NCBI GenBank assembly: GCA_965207735.1
Contig: OZ242296.1
Coordinates: forward strand, 2,880,001-2,944,000
From: Candidatus Versatilivorator sp.
Lineage (GTDB): Bacteria > Acidobacteriota > Terriglobia > Versatilivoradales > Versatilivoraceae
Direction of reading: 5' to 3'
Length of the DNA stretch: 64,000 nucleotides
Shown here: in pieces, positions 18,346-28,387 of the stretch
Position numbering within the stretch: the first letter of the stretch is position 1
Layout: every line of letters begins with the position of its first letter
The notes under the pieces: generated by a model
What the model was told of the DNA's origin: nothing
Database searches by the model: none
What the model saw: the letters and a program-made list of their open reading frames with translations, nothing else
Position numbers and translations under genes: made by a program

Positions 18346-21180
18346 TCAGTAGAGTCGAGGGGAGGCGCGCCGGCCTTAGATCGAGGGAGTCGCTGTTGCC
18401 GGCGGCTTTCGCCACTCGCCGGTGCCTCAATCTCGTTCCTCGCTGCGTTTCCTCGCCCCCGCTCGTCAAACCGGACGTGCGGTTTTCCCGCATCCGGCTT
18501 TCAGTCAAGATCATGCCTTCGCCCTCGGAAGGCTCTGTGGCTTCGACCCCAGGCAAGTGAGTCCATAGGTTTTCCATAGTCTCTCGTCCGAGAAGCGCAC
18601 ACTCCCCCCGGTCCTCACCTTGTGCTTCCGACAGAGCCACTGACGCAGCCGCCCGCCCGCGTGGCGGTCGATCGCTCGGTAGGCCGGGCTCACCTGCCCC
18701 AGAACGAAGTAGTTCGCCCACCCGGTCATCGCCCGGTTCAGGTGTTCTACCATCTGTCCTCGAAGCAGCGTCCCGTTCCTCGGCGCCGTCCACTCGCTGA
18801 TCTTGCGGCAGATGCTCTGGACGCTCGCCTGGCTGGGTCGTGTGCCGATGTAGGCTCCTTTCCCTTTGGGGCGATAGTTGCGTCCGATGCGATATCCCAG
18901 AAACCCCATCGGTTCCTCCGGACACCGCAAGCATCGGGTCTTCCGCTCGTTGACCGGTAGCTTCAGCTCCTCCATGATCCGCTTGACCGCCGTCAGCATC
19001 TCTGCCGCCGGTGCCCTGCCGAGTACACGGAAGTCATCCGCATAGTTGACGATCTCCGCACAGAAGCGCCGGGCATATCCCAGCACCTTCCAGCCCAAAA
19101 CGAAGCGCCGCATGTAGAGATTGCTGAGCAACGGTGAGATCGGGGCTCCTTGCGGTGTCCCCTTCCGCTCCCGGCGCCCTCGGTTCCGGCGGCGTCTGCC
19201 ACCCTTCCCGTCGTCCTCCTCCACCGGCATCTCCAGCCATGCCTTGATGAGCTTGAGCATCCTCCCGTCACTCACGCGCCGGGCAATGCTTCGAATCAGC
19301 TCCGCATGCGGAATCTCGCCGAAGTAGTTGGACAGGTCGCCGTCAACCACCTCCTGGTAACCCCTTTGCAGGAGTTCATGCACGCGTTTGACCGCGTCGT
19401 TGGCACTCCGCCCCCGCCGATAGCCATATTGCTCCGGTTGCAGGTCCGCTTCGAAGATCGGCTCCAACACCAGCAAAGCCGCCGTCTGCGCTACCCGGTC
19501 CCGTATGCAGGGTATGCCCAAAGGCCGGAACTTGCCGGGCTGTTTCTTCGGGATCAGCACCTGCCGCACCGGCTTCGGTACGTAGGTTCCTTCCCTCAGG
19601 TCCCGCGCCAGTTCCCCCAGCCAGCCCTCCACCCCATACGCCTCGATGTCCTTGAAGCCCTCCCCGTCCACCCCGGCCGACCCGCCGTTTCGGCGTACCT
19701 GTGCCCAGGCTTCCTTCAGAAAGTCCTCTCGCCACACCTTGTCCGACAGCGCATGAAACCGCCGCTTGGGGTCCTCCTTCGCTTTCGCATGTAGCATGGT
19801 CTGGAATTTCCGAACCCCCTCTGACCCTGTTAGACTCTTGTCAGTGGCCACGCCTTGCCTCCTTTCCATGCTGCTCTCAACTCAGGGTCCCTTCCCTCCA
19901 CCGGCGTTACCCGGCTTCTCCGGTACTACCGACCCATCCGCCACCCTGACGGCCCGGCCTGCCCCTCGCGGGGTCCCGGTTGATGTGTGCCGCATCTCCC
20001 CCAGGGCTTCCCGTGTTGCTGCCTTCTTCCCCTTCCATGCGTGCCAGCGTCACTACCCCGACGGAAGCGGATCGGTGCCCGCGTCGCTCTCTTCCCCATC
20101 CGCCAACGGCCTTCCCCTAAAGACAGGAGGGTCGGCTTCCGTATTGTCCGTTTCGAGGCCTGCTCGACGTTCACTCGCGTTCCGGCCCGCATGCTCGCTG
20201 AGCCGCCCTTGGCGGCCCTTGACCCCAGAGTGCTTCAGACCATTTCGTTACCTCCATGATCCGCCCTGGCTGCTACCAACCGGAGCGACAGTTGTTGGGC
20301 GGGGTTCGCACCCGCCAGAAGAAGGCGCCTTTCCACGGCGCACTGTCTTCTCGGCGATGATCCCGATCATCGGCGGCGCCGACAGGAACGTGCCCGGATC
20401 CCGTTCGCGAGCACGCCATTCGGCTTCGAAGGCGCATCGATCCGCCTCCGTCAACAAGCCGGCTTCGACCAGCCGCGGCACGTAGCCGAAGAAGAACTGC
20501 GTCGGCCAGTCCCAGAAGCTTGTGCCGGGTCTGATGAACCGTACGAGCGGAACCAGGTCGACCAGACGGCACCCGGACTTCACAACCATCCCCGGCAAAC
20601 GAGCGCCCACGTCCAGATCGCCGCCGGTGGGTTTCCAGCTTTCGCTAACCGCCGCCAGCACGCGATCGAACACCGGGCTCCGCGGCTGCAGGGTGGTGGC
20701 GCGGTAGTTCAGATAGTCCCAGATCACCAGGCGGCCGCCCGGGCGCAACCCTGACACGACCCGGTCGATGACCGGGGCGGGGTCCCGCAGAAAGCAGAAG
20801 ATCCAGCGAGCGAAGGCGCCGTCCAGCGAGGCGGGCTCCAGTTGCAACTCCTGGACCTTCTCCACCCGCGCCGTGAGCTGCTCTATCCCGAGACGGTCCG
20901 CTTCTCTGACCAGATAGGCGATGAAGCGCCGCGACTCGTCGACGGCGAGCACCCGGCCTTCGGGCCCGACCCGGGCCGCCAGTTCAAGAGCGGCGAAGCC
21001 CGGTCCACAGCCGAGATCCAGCAGCCGCGCACCCTTCTCAAACCCTGCGCGGCCCCAGAGGTCGTGGGCTGCCTCCGCCCACAAGCGGTGCTGCGTTTCG
21101 AGGCGCCGCCCTTCCTCCGGATCGGTGCCGAGCAGATAGGGATCCTCCGGTTTGCGGCGAGTATGCGTTTCAGGTCTCAT
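18346..21180 (-). CDS. Class I SAM-dependent methyltransferase interrupted by a group II intron: join(21180..20344, 18348..18346)
   Basis: LLDLGCGPG motif I, LRPGG post-II motif. Exon 1 is 279 codons ending AEKT; exon 2 is the TGA stop. Confidence 0.85.
18349..20343 (-). mobile_element. Group II intron (~2.0 kb)
   Basis: 5' end GTGCGCC at 20343; domain V (AGCCGGATGCGGGAAAACCGCACGTCCGGTTTGACGAGCGGGG) at ~18457-18499; 3' end ...CGACTCTAC at 18349; encodes RT/maturase. Confidence 0.92.
18511..19869 (-). CDS. ltrA: Group II intron reverse transcriptase/maturase lacking an En domain
   Basis: GGSAGVDG, RPLGIP..RDR, PQGAPISPLLSN, YADD, FLGY, X domain GWANYF; no C-terminal HNH. Confidence 0.93.
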   Translation of the reverse strand: MERRQGVATDKSLTGSEGVRKFQTMLHAKAKEDPKRRFHALSDKVWREDFLKEAWAQVRRNGGSAGVDGEGFKDIEAYGVEGWLGELARDLREGTYVPKPVRQVLIPKKQPGKFRPLGIPCIRDRVAQTAALLVLEPIFEADLQPEQYGYRRGRSANDAVKRVHELLQRGYQEVVDGDLSNYFGEIPHAELIRSIARRVSDGRMLKLIKAWLEMPVEEDDGKGGRRRRNRGRRERKGTPQGAPISPLLSNLYMRRFVLGWKVLGYARRFCAEIVNYADDFRVLGRAPAAEMLTAVKRIMEELKLPVNERKTRCLRCPEEPMGFLGYRIGRNYRPKGKGAYIGTRPSQASVQSICRKISEWTAPRNGTLLRGQMVEHLNRAMTGWANYFVLGQVSPAYRAIDRHAGGRLRQWLCRKHKVRTGGSVRFSDERLWKTYGLTCLGSKPQSLPRAKA

Positions 21181-21461
21181 GTGGTTTCTTTACACGGATT
21201 TAATGCCGGCCCGGCCAAGATGTCGATCACCTCATCGATCGCCGTTCGGGATCTATCGATCAGTGCGACCGGAAGCAGTCCTACTGATTAGACGGTTGAA
21301 CATCGAATATCAGGTGGATTCCTGACTGTAAGAACCAGCCAGCAGTTGAAGCTCGCAATACGGATTTCCCCCCTTGTGGTACGGGGAGAGGAGAGAAGTC
21401 GGCTAGGAGTCTGCGCCGCAGAAAACCCGGGCAGGGCTGAATGATACAATAACGGGCTTAG

Positions 21462-23545
21462 CCCATCTTTAACACGGCTTCCAAGTATACGTTTATTATC
21501 AACAGGTTACAAAAGGCTCAACGCGCAAGTGGCACTACAAACGCGTTGAAACCGGAGATTTTGGAGGAATCAGACGATCATCTTGCGGATCCCTCCAGGA
21601 GAGGGATCGATGCCCAGGGCGTCGTAGATGGCCCTCTGATCGGGTTCGGCCCGTGTGGCCTTGCGGACGTGCAAGGTCCGCCCGTCCTGACGCCGGAAGG
21701 TGACCGTGACCCGCTGCTGTCCTTCCAGGATGCGCCGCAGCGTGGTCCAACTGGAGGCCTCGCCGCGCTGCTTGAGGCGTTTGCGGATGACCTGCACCAG
21801 TTGATAGGCGATGACCGTCAGAAACAGGTGACCTTCCGAGCGCACCGGCTTGTGATGATAGATGGGCCGCAGGCCCAGCTCGGACTTCAGGGAGCGAAAC
21901 ACCGCTTCCACGTCGGTCAGAGTCGTGTAGGTACGCCAGAGACTTTCCTCGTCCCAGTCAGTCTGGTTGCTGCGCAGGCAGTAGACCCCCGGATGGGTGG
22001 CCATCGAGCCCTGGCGGGGACGGTGCTTCCATCTCAGCGCTGTCGCCTTGCGGCCGCTCTCGTCGGTGAGGACCTCGATGCTGTAGTGTTGCCCCACCCC
22101 GCGGCTCTGTTCCTTCAGCCGCCCGATCCTCTCCCGGACCTTCTCGACGCCTTTGTGAGTCCGCGGCCGGGAAAGCCCCTCGGAGAGTCGGGTGAGCCCC
22201 TGCTCGAAGCGCCGGCTGAAGCGCTCCACGATGCCCTTCTCCTTCTCAGCCCGCTGCTGTGAGCGGCAGTAGAGACGCACTTCCTGCCCGTCGTCGGAGA
22301 TCTCCTTGTGGAGCTGCAGCTCGGCCTTGGAAGCCGTCTCCACCGTCACGGCCGCCTCGGCATCGAACTGCCTCCGGCCCTGGCGGCTGGCCACCAGGTA
22401 GCGATACCCTTCCTCCCTCAACCACTGGATCCGGTCCTCGGTCGCCACCCCCCGATCCATCACCACCAAGGCTCCCCGGGGCGCCTCCAGCGCCTCCAGC
22501 ATCCCCTCCAGGGTGCGGGGCTCATCCACCCTACCGGCAAAGACCTCCGAGCGGCGCACAAACCCCGCCCCGTCCAGCACCAACCCCAGCGTCAGCAGCC
22601 GACAGTCGCTGCGCTTGTCCTTCGAGTGGCCCCGCTCGGCCTTGGGCTGATGGCTGGCCGCCCCTTCGAAGAAGGTGTTGGTCAGATCGAACAGGGTGAC
22701 GGTCGGCTCCAGATCGAACAACCCCATGGCCCGGGTGAAGAGGTGACGCTCGATGGCCTCCCGATGCTTCATCAGCGCGTCCGAGGCCCGATACATCTGC
22801 ATCAGACTCAGGCTCTCGAAGTCAACCTCCAGCAACTCGCCCAAGCCGCTGCGCCGCCTGAGCCAGCCCCAGGTGGCCCTCTCCGAGCCCGGTCGGGCCA
22901 GACGGCCTACCATGGCCCCCAACGCCGCTGCCCGCATCGGTCCGTTCAGCCCTAACTCGGTCAGCAGATCCCCCAGCCCCAACTGCTCCAGCGCCCAGCA
23001 ACCGACCTGCTCCACCCCCACGCTGCGCGGACGTGTCAAGGCCACCGAATCCACCTCGACCGTCTGCAGGTCCTCTGAGGCGGCCTCCCCGCCAACGCCG
23101 GTCACGTCGGCTTCGCCCTCAAGCAAGCGCTGGGCCATGCGTTGGGCTTCCTCCTCCAACGGGGTGGAAGCCACCGGCAAGAGAGGCAACTGACCGGTGA
23201 GGATCTGATCGAGACGGCGGCACAACAAGGGCCAGTCCTCACGGGGGATCGAGAAGTGTCGACCGAGGTTGAGGAGGGTCTGCTGGCGGACCTTGCCACT
23301 GACGCGATGGGAGCGGACGAGGCGGTGGGTGAAGTAGGTCTGTCCGGAATGGAGGCTGCGGGTCTGGGTGCGTCGGATGAACATGGGAGGGACGCTACCA
23401 GAGGAGAGAGAGGGGGTCAAGCCCATCCCATACGATTATGGCACTACATTCACCTCCTCAACCAAGAATCAACAACTTACGGGTGGTTTTAGGCTAAAAT
23501 GGGGGTAAAATACCTCAAATCGGCCGTTTCTTTGTTAAAGATGGG
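21462..23545 (-). mobile_element. IS1634-family element
   Basis: 13-bp TIR CCCATCTTTAACA; TTAG target duplication at 21458-21461 and 23546-23549; subterminal TGGCACTACA near both ends. Confidence 0.88.
21570..23384 (-). CDS. IS1634-family DDE transposase
   Basis: HRLVRSHRVSGKVRQQTLLNLG, FDLTNTFFEG, GHSKDKRSD, VMDRG, VEAVFRSLKSELGLRPIYH. Confidence 0.92.
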   Translation of the reverse strand: MFIRRTQTRSLHSGQTYFTHRLVRSHRVSGKVRQQTLLNLGRHFSIPREDWPLLCRRLDQILTGQLPLLPVASTPLEEEAQRMAQRLLEGEADVTGVGGEAASEDLQTVEVDSVALTRPRSVGVEQVGCWALEQLGLGDLLTELGLNGPMRAAALGAMVGRLARPGSERATWGWLRRRSGLGELLEVDFESLSLMQMYRASDALMKHREAIERHLFTRAMGLFDLEPTVTLFDLTNTFFEGAASHQPKAERGHSKDKRSDCRLLTLGLVLDGAGFVRRSEVFAGRVDEPRTLEGMLEALEAPRGALVVMDRGVATEDRIQWLREEGYRYLVASRQGRRQFDAEAAVTVETASKAELQLHKEISDDGQEVRLYCRSQQRAEKEKGIVERFSRRFEQGLTRLSEGLSRPRTHKGVEKVRERIGRLKEQSRGVGQHYSIEVLTDESGRKATALRWKHRPRQGSMATHPGVYCLRSNQTDWDEESLWRTYTTLTDVEAVFRSLKSELGLRPIYHHKPVRSEGHLFLTVIAYQLVQVIRKRLKQRGEASSWTTLRRILEGQQRVTVTFRRQDGRTLHVRKATRAEPDQRAIYDALGIDPSPGGIRKMIV

Positions 23546-23570
23546 TTAGAGACATCATAGGAGGTGGTGG

Positions 23571-24893
23571 ATGGGGACAAGGTTTCGCCCGTATCAGCCG
23601 AAGCAACTGTTGATGTTGCCGCCGGACCTGGGGGAGTGGGTACCGGAAGGGCACTTGGCCCATCAGGTGAGTGAGTTGGTGGATGGGCTGGAGTTGAGAG
23701 CGTTTTACCGGCCCTATGAAGAGGACGGGAGGCGCAACTCGCCCTACGAGCCGCGGATGATGGTGAAGGTGTTGATTTACGCCTATGCGACAGGGGTGTT
23801 CTCGTCGCGCAAGATCGCGAGGAAGCTGGAGGAAGACGTGGCGTTTCGGATGCTGGCGGCGGGGAACTTTCCGCAGCATCGGACGTTGTGCGAGTTTCGC
23901 CGCCGGCATTTGAAGGACTTCAAGCAGCTGTTCGTACAGGTGGTGAGCTTGGCGCGGGAGATGGGGATGGTGGGGTTGGGGCGATTGGGGATCGACGGGA
24001 CGAAGGTGCGGGCGAACGCGAGCCGGCGCAAGGCGATGAGCTATGGTCGGATGAAGGAGCGGGAGCGGCAACTGAAGGCAGAGATCCATGAGTTGTTGAA
24101 GAAGGCGCGGCGGGAGGACAGGGAGGAAGATGAGCGCTACGGGGAAGACCGGCGTGGGGATGAGTTGCCCGAGGAGTTGCGGCGGCGGGAGGACCGGCTG
24201 GCGGCGATCGAGGCGGCCAAGCAGCGGCTGGAGGCGGCCCAGCGGGAGGCCGATGAGGAGCGGGGGCGCAAACCGGGACAGGACCGCAACCCGAAAGCAC
24301 GACGGCCCTACAAGCGGGCCTACGGAGAACCGGAGGAGAAGGCGCAGAGTAATTTCACCGATCCGGAAAGCCGGATCATGAAGACTTCCACCGAGGGGTT
24401 CCAGCAATGCTACAACGCGCAGGTGGCGGTGGACGGAGAGCACCAGATCATTGTGGCCACCGAGGTAACGGCGCAGGCGAGCGATCAGGGGCAGATGATG
24501 GAGTTGCTGGAGGAGGTGGAGGAGAGCTTCCAGGAGATACCGAAACAGGTGCTGGCGGATGCGGGCTACTGCAATGAGGCGGACTTGCAGGCCCTGGAAG
24601 AGAGAGGAGTGGACGGTTATGTTGCGCTGGGGCGCGAGGGGAAGCGGGCGGTAGAGATCGATCCCAGGAAGCATCCGGCCAAGAGTCGTATGAGGAAGAA
24701 GCTGGCCAGCCTAGCCGGTCAGGTGGAGTATCGGCGGAGGAAGTGGATTGCCGAAGCCCCTCATGGGTGGATCAAGGAGGGGCTGGGATTCCGACGGTTC
24801 AGTCTGCGGGGCTTGCAATCAGTGCAGGGGGAGTGGGACTTGGTGTGTCTGGCCCTCAACATCAAGAGGATGAGTGCGTTGATGGCGGCCTGA
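23571..24893 (+). CDS. IS1182-family transposase
   Basis: PEGHLAH, YEPRMMVKVLIYAY..G.FSSRKI, IDGTKVRANAS, NFTDPESRIMK, YNAQ, LADAGY. Confidence 0.92.
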   Translation: MGTRFRPYQPKQLLMLPPDLGEWVPEGHLAHQVSELVDGLELRAFYRPYEEDGRRNSPYEPRMMVKVLIYAYATGVFSSRKIARKLEEDVAFRMLAAGNFPQHRTLCEFRRRHLKDFKQLFVQVVSLAREMGMVGLGRLGIDGTKVRANASRRKAMSYGRMKERERQLKAEIHELLKKARREDREEDERYGEDRRGDELPEELRRREDRLAAIEAAKQRLEAAQREADEERGRKPGQDRNPKARRPYKRAYGEPEEKAQSNFTDPESRIMKTSTEGFQQCYNAQVAVDGEHQIIVATEVTAQASDQGQMMELLEEVEESFQEIPKQVLADAGYCNEADLQALEERGVDGYVALGREGKRAVEIDPRKHPAKSRMRKKLASLAGQVEYRRRKWIAEAPHGWIKEGLGFRRFSLRGLQSVQGEWDLVCLALNIKRMSALMAA

Positions 24894-25074
24894 AGCAAGG
24901 GATTTCCACCCAATACCCAGGGCCACGGAGGTCCTCAACCGCCCATTGTGGGAGCCCACAGGACGCTTGAGACTCTATCAACGCCCAAGTGGCTCCCAAG
25001 CACTCCTTGGAACCGGCCTTGCGCAGTAGCCTCTCGCTCTTGAACTTTCCGAAATCGTCCTGCGGCGCAGACTC

Positions 25075-25308
25075 CTAGGCGGCGGGGTCCCTGTGGCTGA
25101 AAAGAGCCTGATAGAGGGCGTCGATCCGGGAGTTGAGCCGGCCTTCCATGGCATCGATCCGGTTGTCTAAAGCATCGATGCGGCCGTTGGTTTCCTTGAT
25201 GTCTTGGCGCAGAATACGAAACAGGGATACCAGGAGGCCAGCCAGTATCCCCAACAGAGTGATGCCCGTTCCGATTACCGCGAGGATGATTTGGGCGGTG
25301 TCGCTCAT
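25075..25308 (-). CDS. Small TM + coiled-coil protein
   Basis: 77 aa: N-terminal hydrophobic helix then RIDA heptad repeats. Its TAG stop lies in the IS1182 CTAG target. Confidence 0.7.
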   Translation of the reverse strand: MSDTAQIILAVIGTGITLLGILAGLLVSLFRILRQDIKETNGRIDALDNRIDAMEGRLNSRIDALYQALFSHRDPAA

Positions 25309-25469
25309 GCAGACAGTCTACCACAGCCATGCCTATCCCAATCTCGGATTCATGGCACGGCGACCGGTAGCACCTGGGATTCTAAATCGAGGCCGGGGAA
25401 GACCGGGAAATCGCTGCCGACCCGGCCCAGCTCATGGCTTTAGAGGGATCTGATCAGTCTGTGAATTCG

Positions 25470-25670
25470 GCTTCAAGCTGGTCGCCGGATATGAATCTCG
25501 CGATCTCTTCCGTATTGCGGCGATACTCGGCTTGAACCACTCTTCGCCTACCTCTTGCTTGTCACGTATCGATCGACCTCTCATTTGGAGCACATGATGG
25601 AAAATCGTATCCGTCTTTTCTGCGTCCCTCACAACGAGGTTTATAGGTGCTCCCAGCTTGCGTGTAGCGC
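25470..25670 (-). pseudogene. C-terminal fragment resembling a GIY-YIG (T5orf172-like) domain
   Basis: AEKTDTIFHHVLQMRGRSI...GEEWF matches the E..H..L...EWF pattern; the 5' part is replaced by the family G repeat. Confidence 0.4.
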
Positions 25671-25671
25671 C

Positions 25672-25790
25672 GGGGACGTTGCTGAATTGCTGGAATAACT
25701 TGTAAAGAGCGCGTAGGTGACGTTATTGAATCAAAGCAAATCAGGAGTGGCAGATCGTAGTTATTCCAGTAATTCAGCAACGTCCCCTAT
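25672..25790. repeat. Family G inverted pair with 58-bp spacer
   Basis: GGGGACGTTGCTGAATTGCTGGAATAACT at 25672-25700; AGTTATTCCAGTAATTCAGCAACGTCCCCTAT at 25759-25790. Confidence 0.9.
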
Positions 25791-25951
25791 ACCTCCACCA
25801 CGTCTCGGCTCGCACGGGGCAGTTCCGGAGCGGGGCATTTGGTAGAGACATCATGTATGCTAATCCGTACTTGGCGCGGAGATTACAGATCGATTTGTGC
25901 CGAAGTCTCGAATCATGTTGACAAGTCCGCATGTGCAGCGGACAATGATGC

Positions 25952-26779
25952 ATGCTTCACGATAGGCGATCCGCGCTGTCAAACTATGTCAGTGGGTTGC
26001 TCTCCGCGGGCCGTACGGTGTTCACCGCCGAGGAAGCCGAGCAGGCGCTCGGCGTCGGACGGGGTGCGTTTCTGGATGCGGCCGAGCGGCTGCAGCGCCG
26101 CAAGGTATTGTTGAGCCCGCGACGGGGCTTCTATGTAGTTGTCCCGCCGCAACATGCTTCCTGGGGGGCCCCACCGCCCGCTTGGTACATCGACGCCCTC
26201 ATGCGCCATGAGGGCCAAAGCTACTACGTCGGGCTCCTCAAAGCCGCGGAGTTGCACGGTGCGACCCACCAGGCTGTCATGGAGTTCCAGGTCATTTCGG
26301 CCAAGCGCCTTCCACAGATCCGCGCGGGCCGCAATCTGATCGTCTTCTACTTCCGCAAAAATGTGGAAACGGTGACGGCAGGCACCGAGGAACGCAAGAC
26401 GGATACCGGCACGATGAGGATCTCCTCGGCTGCGCTGACGGCTCTCGATCTGTTGCGTTACCCGCAGGCGTCCGGCGGCATCGATAACGTCGCCACGGTT
26501 CTTTCAGATTTCGAACACAAGATCGATCCCGAGCAACTCGCCACGCTTTCGGTGTTGGTGGAGCGGCCGGTCGTGCAGCGTCTAGGGTACCTGCTGGAGC
26601 GTTTTGGCCACGACGCCCTGACGGGATCCATGCTGGAGTCGTTGCAGGCGCGAGGATCACTGCCCTGGACCGAGCTCGACCGGCAGGAGGTACGAGATCC
26701 GGACTTCGAGTCCCAACCGCAGCAGCGCGATCCCCGATGGCGCGTCATTGTCCGGCGCGTACCGGAGCCCGACGGATGA
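25952..26779 (+). CDS. Type IV TA antitoxin, AbiEi family
   Basis: N-terminal wHTH (GRTVFT.EEA), RGFYVVVPP, YYVGLLKAAELHGATHQA. Confidence 0.87.
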   Translation: MLHDRRSALSNYVSGLLSAGRTVFTAEEAEQALGVGRGAFLDAAERLQRRKVLLSPRRGFYVVVPPQHASWGAPPPAWYIDALMRHEGQSYYVGLLKAAELHGATHQAVMEFQVISAKRLPQIRAGRNLIVFYFRKNVETVTAGTEERKTDTGTMRISSAALTALDLLRYPQASGGIDNVATVLSDFEHKIDPEQLATLSVLVERPVVQRLGYLLERFGHDALTGSMLESLQARGSLPWTELDRQEVRDPDFESQPQQRDPRWRVIVRRVPEPDG

Positions 26780-27639
26780 TCCCCGCACAGAACATCGTCG
26801 CATGGGGCAATCTCGTTCCCTGGACGGAACCGCGACAGATCGAGCAGGACCTCATCATCAGCCGTGCTCTGGTTGAGATCTTCTCGGACCCAATGCTGCG
26901 CGGAGCGCTGCGGTTTCGTGGCGGAACGGCACTCAACAAGCTGCATTTCCCGGCGCCGCTGCGTTATTCGGAGGACATCGATCTTGTCCGTACTTCGCAC
27001 GGTCCGATTGGTCCACTCCTCGACCAGTTGCGTGTCGTTCTGGAGCCGTGGCTGGGGCGGGCACAGTTCGACCACAGCCCTGTCGCGCCGAAGTTCCGCT
27101 TCGGAGTCGAGGCTGAGGATGGCAGCGGCGTGCCGATCCGGCTGAAGATCGAGATCAACACCCGTGAGGTCGAGGCCTTCGACGCGCCGACGGCGTTGCC
27201 GCTTGAGGTCGCGAATCCGTGGTTCTGTGGCAGGACGGCCATTTCTACGTTCTCGCGGGAGGAAATGCTGGCGACCAAGCTGCGGGCGTTGTTGCAGCGG
27301 AACAAGGGGCGCGATCTCTACGACCTTGCGCACGCGCTCGAGGTCTTCGAGGGCCTCGATACCGACCGTATCGTCGAGATGTTCGAGCAGTACCTTGCCC
27401 TTTCCGGCCAGACCATCTCGCGGGCGCAGGCCCAGAACCGCATGTTCGTGAAGTTGGCCAAGCCCCGCTTCTTGCACGATGTCCGCCCCTTGCTGCCGGC
27501 CGCTCGGGCGGAGACTCTGACTGAGGAGTCGACAGCAGAGGTGTTTCGCAGGGTGTTCATGACCCTTGTCGATCGGCTTCCCGGCGAGCCTTGGGGGAGG
27601 ACGGCGGCGATGAAGCAGAGGTTCGGTATCTCGTGGTGA
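26776..27639 (+). CDS. Type IV TA toxin, AbiEii nucleotidyltransferase
   Basis: QIEQDLIISRAL, FRGGTALNKL, RYSEDIDL, KLRALLQR.KGRDLYDL; ATGA overlap with abiEi. Confidence 0.9.
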   Translation: MIPAQNIVAWGNLVPWTEPRQIEQDLIISRALVEIFSDPMLRGALRFRGGTALNKLHFPAPLRYSEDIDLVRTSHGPIGPLLDQLRVVLEPWLGRAQFDHSPVAPKFRFGVEAEDGSGVPIRLKIEINTREVEAFDAPTALPLEVANPWFCGRTAISTFSREEMLATKLRALLQRNKGRDLYDLAHALEVFEGLDTDRIVEMFEQYLALSGQTISRAQAQNRMFVKLAKPRFLHDVRPLLPAARAETLTEESTAEVFRRVFMTLVDRLPGEPWGRTAAMKQRFGISW

Positions 27640-27739
27640 GAGAAATACAATGGCTACGATTGGTACGGGGTTCACGTGACGCGGACCCGCGGGTGGCAGC
27701 GGTCGGGATGCTAACGTGTGCCAGTCGGATGCCGTGCCC

Positions 27740-27938
27740 CAGATGGTAGCCTATTCTATGATTCCAATCTTCCGGCACACATCCAGCACCGGAGTGCCCA
27801 CCTCGGTTCGCTGCAGGGCAAAGGCAATTTGTCGCTCAGCGAATCGCGATTTCTGCATCGGCACATCCACCTGCGCTTCCGAGAATCTACCGGATCCCTG
27901 ACATCAAAGTCGGTCGATTTCTCCCGAATCAGACCGCA
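27740..27938 (-). pseudogene. IS3-family OrfA remnant with left end
   Basis: From ATG 27858: MQKSRFAERQIAFALQRTEVGTPVLDVCRKIGIIE*AT, IS3-like HTH with an in-frame stop, then truncated. Confidence 0.7.
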
Positions 27939-27966
27939 CCTCAATCCATGCAAGTAATCGATTTGC

Positions 27967-28042
<76 letters not shown>

Positions 28043-28387
28043 ACAAGTTACCCGGGAGGGATTGGGTATGGAGGGCGTTCTGACGGTCGTGCCATGCGTA
28101 ACCGTTCTCGTCACAACTTCGGGTGAATGTTTCCGGCAGCCGAAAGCCTGACTCCGAACCACTTTCGAATTCTTTCACCCGCCCGACTTCTGACCGGGCA
28201 TCCCTACGAGCATCAGCCTCACCTGCTTCCGAGATTGCCCGATGCTTCAGGTTGCCACGTCTGAGCCTGCTCAAATTAGCACGACCAGCAAGCGATTGTA
28301 AACGACTTGCCGCCCATCTGGACAGGCCCTCTCGCCTGGGTTAGAGTGACAGGCCACTGACGTCCCCTTGACCTCTCCGCCGACGGG

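Larger units (their letters stand above)
21407..25074 (+). mobile_element. IS1182-family element carrying a nested IS1634
   Basis: 15-bp perfect TIR GAGTCTGCGCCGCAG; CTAG flanks at 21403-21406 and 25075-25078. Confidence 0.85.

Noticed and set aside
18511-19869. RT as a retron, DGR or defence RT
   Set aside because: It has group II domain V/VI, GTGCG and AC boundaries and a maturase X domain; no TR/VR pair or msr-msd was seen.
21200-21290. Possible IS256-like transposase N-terminal remnant on the minus strand (LLPVALIDRSRTAIDEVID)
   Set aside because: Too short and degenerate to support without a search.
21300-27966. Discrete island integrated at tRNA-Lys
   Set aside because: No duplicated tRNA-Lys 3' end or integrase was found in this interval.
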